64,000 nucleotides of DNA from assembly GCA_038064495.1 (NCBI GenBank), contig JBBTSZ010000002.1, forward strand, positions 152,934-216,933, read 5' to 3'. Source of the stretch: Patescibacteria group bacterium (GTDB lineage: Bacteria; Patescibacteriota; Minisyncoccia; Phycocordibacterales; Phycocordibacteraceae). Positions 62,836 through 64,000 of the stretch are shown in pieces. Numbering within the stretch: position 1 is the stretch's first letter; each line of letters begins with the position of its first letter. Both the position numbers and the translations under genes were made by a program. Below the pieces are notes generated by a model that made no database searches, was not told the origin of the DNA, and saw only the letters and a program-made list of their open reading frames with translations.

Positions 62836-62878
62836 GGGCACCCATGGACTCTGTCCCTCTGGGTGCCCTTTCTTTTTT
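62836..62878 (+). terminator. intrinsic terminator GGGCACCCA...TGGGTGCCC + TTTCTTTTTT
   Basis: 9-bp stem with a long T-tract. Confidence 0.7.
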
Positions 62879-63007
62879 ATAATTTCTCTTCAAAACGGCG
62901 CGGATTTGCACACATCATTGGTCACCAGGGTTCAATTCAAAATACATTCGAACTTCGTTCAACACGCACCGCATCTATATTCAGAAATACTTGGTAAGAT
63001 ATCTGCA

Positions 63008-63490
63008 ATGATTAGTCTTTTGCGCAGTCTTTCGTACCTCCTCATATGTGTACTTGGATTGTTCGTGTGGTTTGGTATGTACCGCACCTGGCAACTGGAG
63101 CGAAGCCCCGACCAAGCCCGTTTTCTTGCAGGAACCATTCCCCAAGCATTCCCGGACGGTCTCTATACAGGAAGTGTTCCTGGTCACAAAGTCTCCTGGC
63201 TCGGTAAGAAATTTGATGCAATACATTGGTCAGGCATAAATCTTTTTGAAAACGGAAGCAGTACACCGAGCGAGAAATACCCGTTTGTCACGAGTGAGGA
63301 AAGGGGACTACGTGATACCTACACGAACGTTATTGTGATTGACTACGATATTGAAGAAAATCCCTTCTGGCTTCGTCCTATTCGCGACGAAATTGTCGAG
63401 ATTGGTCCGGGACACTTCCTTGGTAAGTTACAGGTGCGACTCATTCCGTGGTATCCCTTCACACTGGCTTTCTTTGAATTGAAGAAGTAG
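63008..63490 (+). CDS. hypothetical N-terminally anchored protein
   Basis: ATG 63008; TM (LLRSLSYLLICVLGLFVWFGMY); 160 aa. Confidence 0.45.
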   Translation: MISLLRSLSYLLICVLGLFVWFGMYRTWQLERSPDQARFLAGTIPQAFPDGLYTGSVPGHKVSWLGKKFDAIHWSGINLFENGSSTPSEKYPFVTSEERGLRDTYTNVIVIDYDIEENPFWLRPIRDEIVEIGPGHFLGKLQVRLIPWYPFTLAFFELKK

Positions 63491-63503
63491 GTAACATAAA
63501 CTC

Positions 63504-63812
63504 ATGAAAAAGAGCTTTACCGATAGGGTGTATGCGGTCGCAGCGACTATTCCGAAAGGGAAGGTGGCGACGTACGGACAACTCGCGAAGCTGGCAGGAA
63601 ACGCCAAAGCCGCACGAGCGGTCGGGAGCGCTATGCGGAACAATCCAAGCCGAAAGACGGTTCCGTGCCACCGCGTGGTGGGAAGCACGGGCGCTTTCAC
63701 GGGTTACGCATTTGGTAAAGGAATCCCAACAAAGAAAGCGTTACTCCTCAAAGAAGGAGTGAAGTTTACAGAGAATAAGGTGAATCTGAAGCTCTCACTC
63801 TGGAAGAAGTAA
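63504..63812 (+). CDS. MGMT-family protein (methylated-DNA-protein-cysteine methyltransferase DNA-binding/active-site domain only)
   Basis: IPKGKVATYGQLA...NPSRKTVPCHRVVGSTG (PCHRV active site). Confidence 0.8.
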   Translation: MKKSFTDRVYAVAATIPKGKVATYGQLAKLAGNAKAARAVGSAMRNNPSRKTVPCHRVVGSTGAFTGYAFGKGIPTKKALLLKEGVKFTENKVNLKLSLWKK

Positions 63813-63814
63813 TC

Positions 63815-64000
63815 ATGAATGTTCCGAAGGCTCCTCCGTGTGCCGAGTGCGGCAGCGACCCCGTGTTCCATCGAATGACGTATTACACGATACTCATTGA
63901 TGACACGATGCGTGGCATTCTTGACCCTGGATTTGTGGGTCGTTTTTTAAATCCGCTGGTTTTTAAGGTAGAAGAGGTGCTTAGTCCACTCTTCATCTCA
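63815..64000 (+). CDS. hypothetical protein, 3' truncated at window edge
   Basis: ATG 63815 three nt after the MGMT stop; open to the window end; contains a CAEC motif. Confidence 0.3.
   Translation, partial: MNVPKAPPCAECGSDPVFHRMTYYTILIDDTMRGILDPGFVGRFLNPLVFKVEEVLSPLFIS

Overview
This 64 kb window is dense bacterial chromosome with roughly 50% GC by eye, many short genes, abundant membrane proteins and strong rho-independent terminators. The GroEL, TypA and LepA sequences and the overall gene style suggest a small-genome Patescibacteria/CPR-like organism; that placement is inference only. No CRISPR array, rRNA or prophage is visible.

What is present:
- Housekeeping genes on both strands: groES-groEL, typA, lepA, valS, purB, tsaC, tsaD, rnj, secG, murJ, mltG, htpX-lemA, prsW and hsp20.
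- DNA-repair genes: a lexA + Y-family polymerase cassette whose SOS box sits inside the lexA promoter, plus nth, a mutY-like glycosylase, an MGMT-domain protein, a GIY-YIG protein and a Pif1-like helicase.
- Envelope-redox genes: a DipZ-like CcdA-thioredoxin fusion, a DsbA-family protein, a VKOR-msrB-msrA-bcp cluster, a glutaredoxin and a DoxX protein.
- An RND efflux pump with its adaptor, an MFS transporter and a peptide-type ABC substrate-binding protein.
- Six tRNAs (Ser-GGA, Arg-CCT, Phe-GAA, Val-GAC, Glu-UUC, Ser-CGA) and an unannotated RNase P RNA (type A) carrying a long inserted helix.

Three observations stand out.
1. Two unrelated tRNA genes (Ser-GGA and Val-GAC) are each followed by the same architecture. 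An inverted partial copy of the tRNA's own T-loop/acceptor 3' segment with an 8-bp hairpin comes first. About 150-165 nt downstream lies a direct repeat of the tRNA's last 14-16 nt, preceded by an identical 20-nt motif, CCGAAAGCGTACTCGCGTTC, shared between the two loci.
2. A family of about 75-nt imperfect-palindromic intergenic repeats has four good copies and one degenerate copy. Each sits inside a different A-tract/T-tract flanking inverted repeat, downstream of typA, groEL, murJ, lepA and rnj.
3. A compositional island lies at the tRNA-Glu / tRNA-Ser(CGA) pair. On one side is a visibly high-GC orphan gene with its own consensus promoter and operator-like inverted repeat. On the other side is an HTH protein of unknown function with a possible (tentative) LAGLIDADG-like motif.

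Smaller observations include a secreted Kazal-like protein next to an MliC-like protein, arginine/glycine/proline-rich N-terminal tails on RNase J and the DEAD-box helicase, a low-GC membrane-protein gene, and a 14-bp-arm perfect palindrome upstream of the dipZ-like gene.
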